Below, in pieces: positions 30,013-39,405 of a stretch of DNA of 47,980 nt. Origin of the DNA: Pseudomonadales bacterium. Its GTDB lineage: Bacteria > Pseudomonadota > Gammaproteobacteria > Pseudomonadales > JAUIET01. A model generated the notes under the pieces. It had not been told where the DNA came from. It worked only from the letters and a program-made list of their open reading frames with translations, and ran no database searches. The stretch lies in NCBI GenBank assembly GCA_051008535.1, contig JBPCXM010000557.1:1-47980 (forward strand). The letters run 5' to 3'. The translations under genes and the position numbers were made by a program. The first letter of the stretch is position 1; each line of letters starts with the position of its first letter.

Positions 30013-30864
30013 TTAAACGACCAGGCTTGCCTTTACCTTCTGCATGGCATTTTGCTCCAGCTGGCGTATGCGTTCGGCCGACACGCCATATTTTTCGGCC
30101 AGCTCGTGCAGGGTGGCCTTCGCCTCGCTCAACCAGCGTTGTTGGACGATATCGCGGCTGCGCCCATCGAGGTTTTCCAATGCGGCATATAGACCATTGT
30201 TGCTGTTTTCTTCCCAGCCAGCCTGCTCCAAACTCGTGGCTGGGTCGGCTTGCAGGTCTTCCAAATAATGCATGGGGGCAAATGCTCGCTCCTCATCCTC
30301 ATCCGGTGCACCGTCGAAGGCAACGTCTTGTGATGTCAAGCGACCTTCCATTTGTTGCACGTCTTTAAGCTCTACGCCAAGGTCCTCGGCAACCGCCTTC
30401 GCCTCGTCATGCGTCAGCCACGCTAAGCGTTGCTTGCTGCTGCGCAGATTAAAGAACAATTTGCGTTGCGCCTTGGTGGTAGCAATTTTCACGATGCGCC
30501 AGTTGCGGATAACGAACTCGTGCATTTCCGCTTTAATCCAATGCACCGCGAATGACACCAGGCGTACGCCACGTTCCGGGTCGAAGCGCTTGACGGCTTT
30601 CATCAAGCCGACATTTCCTTCCTGAATAAGGTCGGCCTGCGATAGCCCGTAACCGGTGTAGGATTTCGCGATATGCACGACAAAACGCAGGTGAGCAATC
30701 ACCAGCTCACGGGCCGCTTCGAGATCACCGTGATAATGCAAGGCCTCGGCGAGTTCGCGTTCGCGCTCCTGGCTCAGAATAGGCACCGCGCTGACGCTCT
30801 GGATATAACTCGACAGACTGGCACCCGGTACAAGCAAGTGTGTGGTCTGTAGGTCTTTGTTCAT
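30013..30864 (-). CDS. rpoH: RNA polymerase heat-shock sigma factor sigma-32
   Basis: 283 aa with the RpoH box QRKLFFNLR and sigma-70 regions 2 and 4. Downstream of ftsYEX, as in most gammaproteobacteria. Confidence 0.96.
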   Translation of the reverse strand: MNKDLQTTHLLVPGASLSSYIQSVSAVPILSQERERELAEALHYHGDLEAARELVIAHLRFVVHIAKSYTGYGLSQADLIQEGNVGLMKAVKRFDPERGVRLVSFAVHWIKAEMHEFVIRNWRIVKIATTKAQRKLFFNLRSSKQRLAWLTHDEAKAVAEDLGVELKDVQQMEGRLTSQDVAFDGAPDEDEERAFAPMHYLEDLQADPATSLEQAGWEENSNNGLYAALENLDGRSRDIVQQRWLSEAKATLHELAEKYGVSAERIRQLEQNAMQKVKASLVV

Positions 30865-30929
30865 AAATCGCTCTCCAATATTTACTGTCTTGCGTATTCA
30901 AACGCAGTACTATTTTAGCACTCCAAACC

Positions 30930-30956
30930 TTAGAGTGCTAATACAGGTAAAGTTCC
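30930..30956 (-). promoter_or_regulatory. Candidate sigma-E (RpoE/AlgU)-type promoter for rpoH
   Basis: The minus strand reads GGAACTT-N15-TCTAA, close to the GAACTT-N16-TCTGA of E. coli rpoH P3. The -10 element lies inside an inverted repeat, TTAGCACTC-N9-GAGTGCTAA. Confidence 0.5.
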
Positions 30957-31021
30957 GTAAGTGACCGATTTTATTAGTAATATCAATCGAAGCAACGGCT
31001 GAGCAGGATTTGTACAGCGGT

Positions 31022-32005
31022 TTAACGCGGCTCAATTGCCCCTAGGTGTCTGGCCACCGCCAGCCACGCACCTAACACGCCCAAGACACAGGCGGACAGC
31101 CACATCAACAGCGTATCGCGCACACCAAGTCCGTTGAATTCCGCCTCATTGGCGTATAACGAAGCCAGCTCGCTCAACGGCGCTTGCAACCAGTAATATG
31201 CCGCCGTCAACACCAGCGACGCGCACAGAGCCCCGCCGAAACCGTACCAAAGCCCGTAATACAAAAACGGGCGGCGCACGAAAGCGTTGGTGCCACCCAC
31301 CAGTTTTACGACGACTATCTCAGCACGCCGACTCTCAATGGTCAAACGTATCGTATTGCCAATCACCAACACCACACCGAGCGCCAGCAAAGCCGCCGTC
31401 ACCCAGGCGAAACGACGCCCCAATTCCATCATCTGGTAGAGGCGTTGCAGCCATGCCAGGTCTAGCTGGGCCGACTCCACGGCTTCCAACTGATCGAGCT
31501 CGTCTAGCAATTTGGTGCTAAGTTTGGGCAAATCGGGCACATCCGCGAGCACCACCGTGATCACCGCCGGTAAAGGGTTACTATCTAGGCTATCAATAAT
31601 TTCGGCAAAGCCTGATTGCTCCCTAAATTCTGCCAGCGTTTGCTCGCGGGCGACATAGTCGGCCGTCGCCACTGTCACCCGATTACCAACTTCGGCCGCC
31701 AGCTTCTGGCCGTCTTCCGCACTGACCGCATCACGCAAATACAAAGTAATCTGCGCAGCGCCCTGCCAACCTGCTGTCAAGATTTCGACATTTTTTAACA
31801 CCACATACAAGCCGGATGGCAAAGCAAGCGCGATACCGATGACCAGGCACGTGGTAAAAGTGGACCACGGAGTTTTCACCAGCCGGCGAGCACTTTCCTT
31901 GGCTGTTTCGCGGTGATGCAAAACCCAGGATTTTAGCCGTGTGGTCCAGCGCGCCTCCAACAGGCTGGCACCTGCCGCTCGCGGGCGCTCATCACGTTTT
32001 GACAT
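31022..32005 (-). CDS. ftsX: Cell division permease-like protein FtsX
   Basis: 327 aa with four TM segments, located downstream of ftsE. Confidence 0.92.
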   Translation of the reverse strand: MSKRDERPRAAGASLLEARWTTRLKSWVLHHRETAKESARRLVKTPWSTFTTCLVIGIALALPSGLYVVLKNVEILTAGWQGAAQITLYLRDAVSAEDGQKLAAEVGNRVTVATADYVAREQTLAEFREQSGFAEIIDSLDSNPLPAVITVVLADVPDLPKLSTKLLDELDQLEAVESAQLDLAWLQRLYQMMELGRRFAWVTAALLALGVVLVIGNTIRLTIESRRAEIVVVKLVGGTNAFVRRPFLYYGLWYGFGGALCASLVLTAAYYWLQAPLSELASLYANEAEFNGLGVRDTLLMWLSACVLGVLGAWLAVARHLGAIEPR

Positions 32006-32015
32006 ACGCTACGCC

Positions 32016-32690
32016 TTAACCACTCGTATTGATAGCGGAAGATATGAGCCTACCATCTCGGAGAGTTATGGTCCGATGCTGCAAACGCGCGATAAGCGAA
32101 AGATCGTGCGAGGCAATCAATACAGTGACACCAACCTGGTTGAACTGCTCAAACAAACTCATCACATCTGCCGACAGGCCCGGATCAAGGTTACCGGTGG
32201 GCTCGTCGGCCAGTAGCAAGCTGGGCTTATTCACCACCGCCCGGGCGATGCCAACTCGCTGTTGTTCACCGCCAGACAAAGTCATGGGGTTTTGTTTTTC
32301 ATAGCTCTCCAAACCCACCTTGGCCAATGCGGCGCGCACACGACGACCTACTTCGCGTGCTCGATAGCCAGCGATATGCAACGGTAGCGCGACATTGTCG
32401 AACACGCTGCGATCAAACAAGAGCTGATGATTTTGAAATACCACGCCAATTTCGCGACGTAAATACGGCACCTGGCGTTTCGACATTTTGTTCAGGTTCT
32501 GCCCGGCAATGCGCACCTCGCCCTGCGTGGCGCGTTCCATCAGCATAATCAGCTTGAGTAATGTGCTTTTCCCGGCACCTGAGCGGCCAGTGAGGAATAC
32601 CATCTCATTGCGCTCAATACGAAATGATAGATCGAGCAATGCTTCGTAGCCATTATCGTAGCGTTTGCTGACGCGATCGAATTCAATCAC
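32016..32690 (-). CDS. ftsE: Cell division ATP-binding protein FtsE
   Basis: 224 aa. Walker A motif GRSGAGKST, ABC signature LSGGEQQRV and Walker B motif LLLADEP. Confidence 0.96.
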   Translation of the reverse strand: MIEFDRVSKRYDNGYEALLDLSFRIERNEMVFLTGRSGAGKSTLLKLIMLMERATQGEVRIAGQNLNKMSKRQVPYLRREIGVVFQNHQLLFDRSVFDNVALPLHIAGYRAREVGRRVRAALAKVGLESYEKQNPMTLSGGEQQRVGIARAVVNKPSLLLADEPTGNLDPGLSADVMSLFEQFNQVGVTVLIASHDLSLIARLQHRTITLRDGRLISSAINTSG

Positions 32691-32693
32691 GGC

Positions 32694-33878
32694 TTACTGA
32701 TTTGAAAACAGAGCGGTGACAAATTCTTGCGCGTCAAAAACACGTAAGTCGTCGGCTTGCTCGCCAATGCCAATAAAGCGGATCGGCAGCTGCAGGTTTT
32801 TCGCAATAGCGAATATGATGCCGCCTTTCGCGGTGCCGTCGAGCTTGGTGAGCGTGATACCGCTGACACCGACCGCGGCCTGAAAATGTTGCGCCTGACT
32901 CAAGGCGTTTTGCCCCGTGCCCGCATCCAGCACCAACATGACTTCGTGCGGCGCTTGTGGGTCGAGTTTGCCCATGACGCGCACCACTTTTTTCAGCTCA
33001 TCCATCAGGTTGTCTTTGTTGTGCAAACGTCCGGCCGTGTCGGCAATCAGGACGTCAATGTCGCGCGCCTGGGCCGCTCGCAATGCGTCAAAAATTACTG
33101 AGGCGCTATCGGCGCCGGTATGCTGGGCTATTACCGGTACCGAATTGCGCTCACCCCAGACCTGCAATTGCTCGACGGCGGCAGCGCGAAAAGTATCACC
33201 CGCAGCCAACATCACCGATTGGCCTTCCGCTTGAAAGCGTTGCGCCAGTTTGCCAATAGTCGTGGTTTTACCAGCGCCGTTGACTCCCACCATTAAAATA
33301 ACAAACGGTCTTTTCTGCGTATCAATCGTCAATGGCTGCGCGTGCGGCTCGAGCAAGACCTGTAATTCGGCTTGCAAGGCATCCTGCAGCGCCGCGGCGT
33401 CGTTGAGTTCCTTGCGTTTCACTCGCTTGGTGAGGTTGGCGATGATCTCTCCGGTAGCGTCCATGCCCACATCGGCCATAATCAATAGGCTTTCCAGTTC
33501 TTCCAGCAATTCATCATCAATCTCCTTCTTGCCCAGAAATAGCTGGCCCATGCCATCGCTAAAGCTACTGCCGGTGCGACGCAGTCCTTTCTTTAAGCGG
33601 CCAAACAGCCCGTCTTTTGTTTTTGTTTGTTCCGCTATCGGCGGCACGATTTGGGGGGCCGCTGGTTGTGGCGATTTTTCGGGTTCGGGTTCCAGTTTTG
33701 CGATGGGTTCTGGTGCCGGTTCGGATTCTGGCTTCGCTATCTCCTCTGGCCCCGGCCCTTGCGCTAGCGGGGTTTCGCTTGCTGGCTCGGGCGCAGCAAC
33801 GTCGGCCTCGGCGTTATTTGCGGCATCAGCCTCAACTTCAGCCGCTGGGGTTTTCTGTTTTTTACGGAACCATTTCAT
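32694..33878 (-). CDS. ftsY: Signal recognition particle receptor FtsY
   Basis: 394 aa. Acidic, Pro-rich A domain followed by an NG domain (GVNGAGKTTTIGKL, DTAGRL, TKLDGTAKGG). Confidence 0.95.
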   Translation of the reverse strand: MKWFRKKQKTPAAEVEADAANNAEADVAAPEPASETPLAQGPGPEEIAKPESEPAPEPIAKLEPEPEKSPQPAAPQIVPPIAEQTKTKDGLFGRLKKGLRRTGSSFSDGMGQLFLGKKEIDDELLEELESLLIMADVGMDATGEIIANLTKRVKRKELNDAAALQDALQAELQVLLEPHAQPLTIDTQKRPFVILMVGVNGAGKTTTIGKLAQRFQAEGQSVMLAAGDTFRAAAVEQLQVWGERNSVPVIAQHTGADSASVIFDALRAAQARDIDVLIADTAGRLHNKDNLMDELKKVVRVMGKLDPQAPHEVMLVLDAGTGQNALSQAQHFQAAVGVSGITLTKLDGTAKGGIIFAIAKNLQLPIRFIGIGEQADDLRVFDAQEFVTALFSNQ

Positions 33879-33952
33879 TCAACAACAACCATTACTACTA
33901 ATGTGTACTCCATCAATATCACCTTGTCGGAGTACTAACCTATAATCCCTGC

Positions 33953-34570
33953 ATGGCGAAATCAAAACCACACAAGCAGGATATCGGAAAGCTGCGTATT
34001 ATCGGTGGTGAGTGGCGCGGTCGCAAACTTGAATTTGCTAACCTGCCTGGCCTGCGTCCGACGCCGGATCGCATCCGGGAAACTTTGTTCAACTGGCTAG
34101 CACCGCGCATCAACGGGGCGCGTTGCCTGGACTTGTATTGCGGTAGCGGCGCCCTCGGTTTTGAATGCCTGTCACGCGGCGCAGCCGAGGTGACTATGGT
34201 CGATGCGGCTTCCGCAGTGCAACAAAGTATCTCGCGAAACAATGTGTTGCTGGCGTGCGACAACGCTAAGTTTGTTCGCGCGGATGTGCTCGATTGGTTA
34301 AATCAAACAAAATTCAATACATCTTACGATATTGTGTTTGTTGACCCGCCGTATGAGCTGCCGCTGCTAGAGCCGACGCTCGCTGCCCTGCGACACAGCG
34401 ATGCAATTAGCCAAGTCAGCTGGATCTACACTGAGGCACCAAGAAAATTTGCTGTGCCAGCGCCACCTGAATGGGATTTGCACCGTGACAAGCAAGCTGG
34501 CAATAATCGCTACTGTTTGTTTAGCGTACAGAAACACGCTATCACTGCTCGAGTGTCCCGCGGCGACTAA
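33953..34570 (+). CDS. rsmD: 16S rRNA (guanine966-N2)-methyltransferase
   Basis: 205 aa. LRIIGGEWRGRKL, RPTPDRIRETLFNWL and VFVDPPY motifs. The last six codons and the stop lie inside the left arm of repeat E2. Confidence 0.9.
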   Translation: MAKSKPHKQDIGKLRIIGGEWRGRKLEFANLPGLRPTPDRIRETLFNWLAPRINGARCLDLYCGSGALGFECLSRGAAEVTMVDAASAVQQSISRNNVLLACDNAKFVRADVLDWLNQTKFNTSYDIVFVDPPYELPLLEPTLAALRHSDAISQVSWIYTEAPRKFAVPAPPEWDLHRDKQAGNNRYCLFSVQKHAITARVSRGD

Positions 34571-34725
34571 AGCGCATGTACAGAAACTCACATTTCGTGC
34601 TATCCAAGCCGCAGTTTGCAGGTAATGAGGCCACCTTTTCAAGAACTGCAATGCCGGAGAGTGCGAAATGTGAGCTTTCCTGCGGGCGAATCGCTGTCTA
34701 TGCGCTTTAGTCGCCACAGGACACT
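34552..34725. repeat. Nested inverted-repeat element, copy E2 (same family as E1, opposite orientation)
   Basis: 32-nt terminal inverted repeats at 34552-34583 versus the reverse complement of 34694-34725 (28/32). Inner arms at 34584-34597 versus 34664-34678. The core at 34605-34649 matches E1 1454-1500 at 40 of 47 aligned columns. The termini AGTGTCC(T/C)G(T/C) are shared with E1. Confidence 0.8.
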
Positions 34726-34733
34726 AGCGCCGC

Positions 34734-34739
34734 TATAAT
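34734..34739 (+). promoter_or_regulatory. Consensus -10 hexamer TATAAT upstream of coaD
   Basis: Perfect TATAAT 30 nt upstream of the coaD ATG and 8 nt beyond the right end of E2. I found no good -35 box. Confidence 0.4.
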
Positions 34740-34768
34740 GCGCAAACTTTCATCAGGACGAGCAGCGA

Positions 34769-35245
34769 ATGAAAACTGTTGTGTATGCTGGAACCTTTGA
34801 CCCCGTCACGAATGGCCACATCGATTTGGTCGAACGTGCGGCCAAACTGTTCGACAAGGTCATTATCGCAGTAGCTAGAAGCGAAAAGAAATCACCTATG
34901 TTTTCGCTGGACGAGCGTGTTGGCCTTTGCCAGGCGGCGCTAGCAGGTGTGGAGGGTATTGAGGTATGCGGTTTTGCGGTGCTGCTTGCAGATTTCGCAC
35001 AGCAGCGTAATGCGACGATATTACGCGGGCTACGAGCTGTTTCTGACTTTGAATACGAATTCCAACTCGCCAATATGAACCGCGCGATCTATCCCGATGT
35101 AGAAACTGTGTTTCTCACGCCGGCCGATCATCTGTCTTATATTTCATCATCTTTGGTGAAAGAAATTGCCTCGCTGGGGGGCGATGTCAGCAAATTCGTG
35201 CCAAAAGTGGTTAATGAAACGCTATTGCGACGTTTTGCCAAATAA
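34769..35245 (+). CDS. coaD: Phosphopantetheine adenylyltransferase
   Basis: 158 aa. [20 protein letters not shown] motif. Confidence 0.96.
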   Translation: MKTVVYAGTFDPVTNGHIDLVERAAKLFDKVIIAVARSEKKSPMFSLDERVGLCQAALAGVEGIEVCGFAVLLADFAQQRNATILRGLRAVSDFEYEFQLANMNRAIYPDVETVFLTPADHLSYISSSLVKEIASLGGDVSKFVPKVVNETLLRRFAK

Positions 35246-35292
35246 TCGGCAAGGACGATTAGTAGTAGTACTGCTTAGGTATTGAAAGAATA

Positions 35293-35316
35293 GCGGTGGC
35301 GTCATTACGCCACCGC
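35293..35316. terminator. Bidirectional hairpin between convergent coaD and the 35336-35668 gene
   Basis: GCGGTGGCG-TCATTA-CGCCACCGC, a 9-bp GC-rich stem. A T-rich tail is present only on the minus strand. Confidence 0.6.
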
Positions 35317-35335
35317 CAATAATGACAAGCCGAGC

Positions 35336-35668
35336 TTATTTGATTTCTTGTTTATAACCCGAGCGAACACAACCCAGACAGCGCACAAATGTGGCTTGGG
35401 CTGGTTTAACAACTAGCGAATCGCCTGCTTGTTTGGCGTTGCCACCACCCAAGGTAAACGGCAGGCTAACGAGATAAACCGCTGCCCCTGCGACTGTTGT
35501 CACCAGCAGCAACGGGCGCGCCACGACCAGATCGGCCGCCATCGCAAATGCCGACGGGTCTTCGTCGATAGCCTGGCCAAAACTGACACCAGGCAGCAGC
35601 AAGGTGATGCTTAACAATAATGTTGCCAGACGGGTGGCTTTTGAAGGGTGCCGTGATGAAGGCTTCAT
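35336..35668 (-). CDS. Small exported or membrane protein of unknown function
   Basis: 110 aa from the ATG at 35668, which has GGAG 6 nt upstream. Signal peptide-like N-terminus (ATLLLSITLLLPGVSFG), one further hydrophobic helix and a C-terminal CLGC. I recognise no family. Confidence 0.5.
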   Translation of the reverse strand: MKPSSRHPSKATRLATLLLSITLLLPGVSFGQAIDEDPSAFAMAADLVVARPLLLVTTVAGAAVYLVSLPFTLGGGNAKQAGDSLVVKPAQATFVRCLGCVRSGYKQEIK

Positions 35669-35780
35669 AGTGATCTCCAATTGATTGCTCGTGTTCGCTG
35701 ATCAGTCATCAAACGCAAATAAATTTCCTAAGTATGACAAGCATAGCCCTACTTTCCTATATTTGCTCAATTGGAAGCGG

Positions 35781-36596
35781 TTATGTCTGGCATTTTGCGC
35801 AAAAAACGGTGGCACGTTGACCAAGGCGAATACTCTTCAACGGCGTGGAACACTGTAGACAAGGTTCACCGCCGCGGCCATAAACTTGCAAAGCAACTCG
35901 AAAATAGCCCGCTTGGCCGTCGCCACCAACGAAATCACGCAGCGTGGTGCCGCCTTCGGCGATGGCTTCATGCAATACCGCCTTGATTTCGTGCACTAAT
36001 CGCTCGTAGCGTGGTAAGGCAATGCGGCCAGCTGCACGCGTTGGTCGCAAGCCGGCGCGATACAACGCCTCATTAGCGTAAATGTTACCCACGCCAACCA
36101 CCACGGCGCTATTCATAATAAAGCTCTTTACGGCGACGATTTTTTTACGCGACCGTGTATACAAATGCTGCGGACTGAATGCGTCTTCCAATGGCTCCGG
36201 CCCCAAGTTTCGTAATAACGGATGTTGCGCGGGCGACGGCGTATGCCAATGCACCGATCCAAAACGACGTGGGTCACAATAGCGTAGGGTTTTTCCATTC
36301 TCAAAGACGAAGTCGATATGGTCGTGTTTGCCCACCGTTTGCCCTTGATCAACAATCCGTAAGCTACCGGACATTCCCAAGTGTAACAATAACCAACCGT
36401 TGTCAAATTCCAGCAATAAATATTTTGCGCGGCGCTGTACGCTATGCAGCATTTGTCCACTCAGCGTCGCATTAAGTCTGGCGGGAACCGGCCAGCGCAG
36501 GCGACGCTCACGCACCGCCACGTCACGGATGAGTTGCCGCTCGATATGCGGCGCAATACCGCGGCGCGTGGTTTCTACTTCAGGTAATTCGGGCAT
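35781..36596 (-). CDS. mutM: Formamidopyrimidine-DNA glycosylase
   Basis: 271 aa. [15 protein letters not shown]-terminus and a C-terminal zinc finger (CLQC...CAKCQ). Confidence 0.95.
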   Translation of the reverse strand: MPELPEVETTRRGIAPHIERQLIRDVAVRERRLRWPVPARLNATLSGQMLHSVQRRAKYLLLEFDNGWLLLHLGMSGSLRIVDQGQTVGKHDHIDFVFENGKTLRYCDPRRFGSVHWHTPSPAQHPLLRNLGPEPLEDAFSPQHLYTRSRKKIVAVKSFIMNSAVVVGVGNIYANEALYRAGLRPTRAAGRIALPRYERLVHEIKAVLHEAIAEGGTTLRDFVGGDGQAGYFRVALQVYGRGGEPCLQCSTPLKSIRLGQRATVFCAKCQT

Positions 36597-36683
36597 AAAT
36601 GGTTGGATAGCGTCAAAGGGGCGTGCATAGTAATACTAATGCAGGTCACATAGAATAAATCACCATTGGCGTGACTTTGGCTT

Positions 36684-38651
36684 ATGAAATTACTCGGTGT
36701 CGACACCGGCGGAACCTTTACCGATTTTGCGTTGTACGCCGATGGGCAGTTGCGTATTCACAAGGTATTGTCCACGCCCGCTGCACCCGAGCAAGCCATC
36801 TTGCAGGGTATCGATGAGCTAGGCCTAAGCGAAATGATGAGTGGCAGTGGCCTGCTTATCATTCATGGTAGTACCGTGGCCACCAACGCGGCACTGGAAC
36901 GCAAAGGAGTGCGCACTGCGTTTGTTACCAATAAAGGCTTTCGTGATCTACTCAGCATTGGCCGCCAAACCCGCAAAAATTTGTACGATTTAGCTCCGCC
37001 GACGGAGCAAGTGCCGGTTGAACAGGACCTATGCCTGGAAATTGATTGTCGCATGGATGCGAACGGCAAGATCATTACGCCACTCACGGAAGATGATCTT
37101 CAACGGCTGCGGGGCCAGCTACTCGCGCTGCAACCGAAAGCAGTGGCAATTAATCTACTATTCTCTTTTCTCGACGATCAACATGAACGCGCCATCGATG
37201 CTGTCATTCCCAAAGCAATTTTCAGCTGTCGCTCTTCCGAGATACTGCCGGAATACAGGGAATACGAACGCGGTATGGTCACCTGGCTCAACGCCTGGTT
37301 AGGGCCAATAGTACAGAGCTATTTAAATCGGCTGGCGAAAGCGCTGCCCGATACCCAAATCACCATGATGCAGTCATCAGGCGGCACGATTGCCGTGCAA
37401 CAGGCGGCCAACCGGGCTGTGAATTTATTGCTTTCTGGTCCCGCCGGCGGCCTGCGCGGCGCCTTGTGGAGTGGTAAACGCAGCCGTCTCAAGCGCCTAC
37501 TGAGTTTCGATATGGGCGGCACATCGACGGATGTGGCTTTGCTCGATGGTGATGTCGAACTCACGATCGAAGGTAGGCTGGGTGATTGGCCAGTAGCCGT
37601 ACCAATGGTGGATATGCACACCATTGGCGCCGGTGGCGGCTCAATCGCCCAACTCGATGCCGGTGGCGCGCTGCACGTGGGACCGCAATCAGCAGGTGCA
37701 CAACCCGGTCCGGCCGCCTACGGATGCGGTGGAGCGCAGCCGACCGTGACCGACGCCCACGTGGTACTCGGCCAGCTACCTTGCAGCTTGCCACTAGCTG
37801 GCGGTATGCAACTTGACCATGATGCGGCAGTACACGCCATTGAGCCGTTGGCCAAATCGTTGCAACTCAGTGTGGAACAAGCGGCCGCAGGTATTATTCG
37901 CATTGCCAACGAACATATGACCCGCGCACTGCGGCTGATCTCGGTCGAGCGTGGTTACAACCCCGCAGATTTTACCTTGTGTAGCTTCGGTGGCGCCGGT
38001 GGCTTGCACGCTTGCAGTCTGGCCGACAACTTGACGATGCGCAGCGCATTGGTGCCACTCAACGGCGGCGTTTTATCGGCTCTGGGTATGCTGGTCGCGC
38101 CGCGCGAACGACAATTATCACTCAGCAAGCCTGGACTGCTGGTCAATCTGGATTATGCCGCAATTGCACATTCTTTCGATGAATTGGAAACTGCCGGCCG
38201 CCGGCAATTACAGGAAGAAGGCTGCGAGGAAGCTGCGATCCAAACCCAACGCACATTGGATTGTCGCTACCAGGGCCAGTCATACACCTTAAATGTGGGT
38301 TTTGCAGCACTGCAAAAAGTAACCAGCGATTTTCATCAAGCACACGAGCAACGTTTTGGACACCGTCTGGACTTGCCGGCAGAGCTGGTCACACTGCGCG
38401 CCAGCTTGCGGGTCGCGGCGTCTACGATTGATGTACCCGATCAAAAATACCAGCCGTCGCAGCAGGACGATGAATCGTACTTGCCGCTGCTAGAACGAAA
38501 CGTGCCGGTTATCGCCCGTAATCAGCTGACGCTTAACCAATCTCGAACCGGCCCCCTTATTGTGTTTGATCAGACGGCTACAACCTTGGTAGCGCCTGGC
38601 TGGACGGTGGCGCGTGATCACTGCGGTAATTTGCTATTACAGCGGTGCTGA
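36684..38651 (+). CDS. Hydantoinase/oxoprolinase A-type (HyuA) family protein, with no HyuB partner in the window
   Basis: 655 aa. LGVDTGGTFTDF ASKHA-fold start, then FDMGGTSTDV and GAGGGSIA motifs. Confidence 0.85.
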   Translation: MKLLGVDTGGTFTDFALYADGQLRIHKVLSTPAAPEQAILQGIDELGLSEMMSGSGLLIIHGSTVATNAALERKGVRTAFVTNKGFRDLLSIGRQTRKNLYDLAPPTEQVPVEQDLCLEIDCRMDANGKIITPLTEDDLQRLRGQLLALQPKAVAINLLFSFLDDQHERAIDAVIPKAIFSCRSSEILPEYREYERGMVTWLNAWLGPIVQSYLNRLAKALPDTQITMMQSSGGTIAVQQAANRAVNLLLSGPAGGLRGALWSGKRSRLKRLLSFDMGGTSTDVALLDGDVELTIEGRLGDWPVAVPMVDMHTIGAGGGSIAQLDAGGALHVGPQSAGAQPGPAAYGCGGAQPTVTDAHVVLGQLPCSLPLAGGMQLDHDAAVHAIEPLAKSLQLSVEQAAAGIIRIANEHMTRALRLISVERGYNPADFTLCSFGGAGGLHACSLADNLTMRSALVPLNGGVLSALGMLVAPRERQLSLSKPGLLVNLDYAAIAHSFDELETAGRRQLQEEGCEEAAIQTQRTLDCRYQGQSYTLNVGFAALQKVTSDFHQAHEQRFGHRLDLPAELVTLRASLRVAASTIDVPDQKYQPSQQDDESYLPLLERNVPVIARNQLTLNQSRTGPLIVFDQTATTLVAPGWTVARDHCGNLLLQRC

Positions 38652-38758
38652 TAGTATCTAATAGAACCCCGTTCACAGGATATCGACGCAGCGTGCGCCC
38701 TGGAAGGCGCCGCTCCTGCGCTTCCTGCGCCTGCGGCATACATTACGTCCCTGGAAAT

Positions 38759-38790
38759 AAAAACCCGGCGAGTTGCCGGGTTTTTTTTTT
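38759..38790. terminator. Bidirectional rho-independent terminator (hyuA-like gene on plus strand, rpmG on minus strand)
   Basis: AAAAA-CCCGGC-GAGTT-GCCGGG-TTTTTTTTTT. The A-run and T-run allow termination in both directions. Confidence 0.85.
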
Positions 38791-38800
38791 GGTGCGAGCA

Positions 38801-38956
38801 TTATTTTATCTTGGCTTCCTTATACATAACATGCTTGCGTACTACGGGATCGTATTTTTTGACCTCCATTTTATCGGGCATGGTCCGTTTGTTTTTGTCG
38901 GTGGTATAAAAGTGGCCAGTGCCTGCCGATGAAACCAGGCGTATCTTCTCGCGCAT
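38801..38956 (-). CDS. rpmG: 50S ribosomal protein L33
   Basis: 51 aa, below the ORF-track cutoff. Manual translation gives [51 protein letters not shown]. Confidence 0.93.
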   Translation of the reverse strand: MREKIRLVSSAGTGHFYTTDKNKRTMPDKMEVKKYDPVVRKHVMYKEAKIK

Positions 38957-38965
38957 AGTATTCTC

Positions 38966-39202
38966 CTAGATCTTGTCGCCGCGACCGCGCATATCGGCCA
39001 ACACTTGTTGAATTCCCAGTTTGTCGATAATTCGCAAACCCTTGTTCGACACCCGCAGCTTCACAAACCGTTTTTCGGACTCGATCCAAAAGCGATGCGT
39101 ATGCAAATTCGGTAAAAAACGTCGTCTGGTGCGATTCTTCGCATGCGACACGTTGTTGCCTGACATCGGCCTTTTACCCGTTACCTGACATATTCTCGAC
39201 AT
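38966..39202 (-). CDS. rpmB: 50S ribosomal protein L28
   Basis: 78 aa. [33 protein letters not shown]. Confidence 0.96.
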   Translation of the reverse strand: MSRICQVTGKRPMSGNNVSHAKNRTRRRFLPNLHTHRFWIESEKRFVKLRVSNKGLRIIDKLGIQQVLADMRGRGDKI

Positions 39203-39405
39203 GGTCTACTCCTACCCACGAAACCGTCCTAAAGACGGCAAAAAAGAGCGCCGCTTTATACCAAAAACGGCGCTGATTAGCAATGATCCGCCGCTATTTT
39301 CGCACTTCTGCCCCAGAAAACACAGCATCCGTCAATCGGGCCAATTGTCGATATTTCGATCAAATCGCCCAATTAAAGGCCAATGTGATCTATGCTTAAC
39401 TAACG

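Noticed and set aside
38652-38757. Possible fourth, degenerate copy of the repeat family (CTGGAAGGCGCC...TTCCTGCGCCTGCGG, CACAGGATATCGAC)
   Set aside because: The similarity to the E1/E2 core is patchy. The terminus-like motif is on the wrong side and in the wrong orientation for an element. I could not separate it from chance GC-rich similarity without a profile search.
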